Below, piece after piece: positions 63,509 through 64,000 of a stretch of DNA of 64,000 nucleotides. The stretch is from Candidatus Micrarchaeota archaeon. Lineage in GTDB: Archaea; Micrarchaeota; Micrarchaeia; Anstonellales; Bilamarchaeaceae. The notes beneath the pieces were generated by a model that worked only from the letters and a program-made list of their open reading frames with translations, was not told the origin of the DNA and did not search any database. Position 1 is the first letter of the stretch; each line of letters starts with the position of its first letter. The stretch covers positions 81 to 64,080 of the forward strand of contig JBFLVW010000059.1 of NCBI GenBank assembly GCA_040758235.1, written 5' to 3'. Made by a program: the position numbers and the translations under genes.

Positions 63509-64000
63509 AGGTAGGGATAGTCGACACGACATTCGCAAGGATGGACATGGGCGCGATTGCCCTCGACGAGCTGAAGATGCTCGGCCATGCGGAAGTAGAG
63601 CGGAGGACCGTTCCGGGAATAAAGGACCTCGCCGTAGAGTGCCTCCGGATGCTGGGGGCCGGAGACGGGATGCAGGGTGCAGGATGCGACATAGTACTGG
63701 CCCTCGGAATGGTCGGGGGCGCGCCCATAGACGCCCAGTGCGCCCACGAAGCCTCATTGGGGATACAGCAGGCCAAGCTTCAGAGCGGGAAGCACATCAT
63801 TGAGGTTTTCGTCCATGAAAGGGAAGGCTGGAGCACGGAGGAGTTCAGGAGCATCTGCGAGAGCAGGGTCAGGAAGCACGCCCGGAACGCCTTCCAGATG
63901 GCCGGGGAGCCGGGAGCGCTTGTCCGGAATGCAGGCAGGGGAATCCGGCAGGGGAAGGAAGACGAGGGGCCGAGGACGGGAACGGAGGGAATCACGCTCG
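63505..64000 (+). CDS. ribC: Riboflavin synthase, archaeal type (partial; runs off the window end)
   Basis: MKVGIVDTTFARMDMG...VPGIKDLAV...CAHEASLG...HIIEVFVHE closely parallels archaeal riboflavin synthases (MJ1184-type). Its ATG overlaps the ribB stop (ATGA). Confidence 0.8.
   Translation, partial: MKVGIVDTTFARMDMGAIALDELKMLGHAEVERRTVPGIKDLAVECLRMLGAGDGMQGAGCDIVLALGMVGGAPIDAQCAHEASLGIQQAKLQSGKHIIEVFVHEREGWSTEEFRSICESRVRKHARNAFQMAGEPGALVRNAGRGIRQGKEDEGPRTGTEGITL

Noticed and set aside
1-64000. Search for CRISPR arrays, IS elements, integrases, tRNA/rRNA genes and inteins
   Set aside because: No spaced direct repeats, transposase or integrase-like ORFs, or rRNA-like segments were seen. PolB, GyrA and GyrB are of normal length, so there are no inteins. 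The window appears to be chromosomal backbone with accessory operons rather than a mobile element.

Overview
Scope: this is a GC-rich chromosomal segment from an archaeon, most likely a euryarchaeote. GC looks above 60% by eye and was not computed. Third codon positions are strongly G/C, AGG is the common Arg codon and ATA is common for Ile. The euryarchaeal assignment rests on a family-B DNA polymerase, DNA gyrase gyrB-gyrA, tRNA pseudouridine synthase Pus10, a class-I CCA-adding enzyme, GatD/GatE, the oligosaccharyltransferase AglB (WWDYG motif), FtsZ, the ether-lipid enzymes GGGP synthase and geranylgeranyl reductase, and an archaeal-type riboflavin synthase.

I found no rRNA or tRNA genes, no CRISPR array, and no transposase or integrase. 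Gene density is high, and many neighbouring genes overlap by 1-4 nt (ATGA, or a GTG start on a TAG stop), which implies long translationally coupled operons. The six-frame ORF track treats GTG and TTG as starts, and several starts were moved to in-frame ATG codons. Most long alternate-frame and antisense ORFs in the track are artefacts of high GC.

Housekeeping genes: polB, pus10, pyrE, purD, cca, gyrB, gyrA, gatE, gatD, aglB, ftsZ, pyrD, pyrK, ribB and ribC (partial at the 3-prime edge).

Accessory content worth a second look:
1. 13506-17970, minus strand: a four-gene membrane-associated module around a HerA/VirB4-like (DUF87-type) P-loop ATPase. It has a polytopic membrane protein densely studded with N-glycosylation sequons, a two-TM protein, and a coiled-coil winged-helix protein. 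It resembles archaeal Ced/T4SS-like DNA translocation modules but is not assignable to a described system.
2. 54259-58173: four paralogous secreted proteins (three with a lipobox Cys) with Pro-rich linkers and a conserved C-terminal Cys module (GCP[DE]GK..[ML][DP][CS]CDWF).
3. 20963-23314: a tightly coupled operon of a 2-TM K+ channel (TVGYGD), a minimal E1-like ThiF enzyme lacking CxxC zinc motifs, a 95-aa protein ending in GGALV, a PHP phosphoesterase and a winged-helix regulator.
4. 39509-43765: a DtxR/MntR-regulated metal operon (two-domain multicopper oxidase, ZIP, cupredoxin lipoprotein, NRAMP) with palindromic operators around its TATA box.
5. 18033-20493: an extracytoplasmic thiol-disulfide module (Met-rich thioredoxin lipoprotein, CcdA, TlpA-like protein with a DipZ-like C-terminal domain).
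6. 29798-32077: a membrane-anchored Roadblock/LC7-domain protein.
7. 1612-2343: a protein with three tandem excisionase-type HTH domains, with a palindromic operator just upstream.
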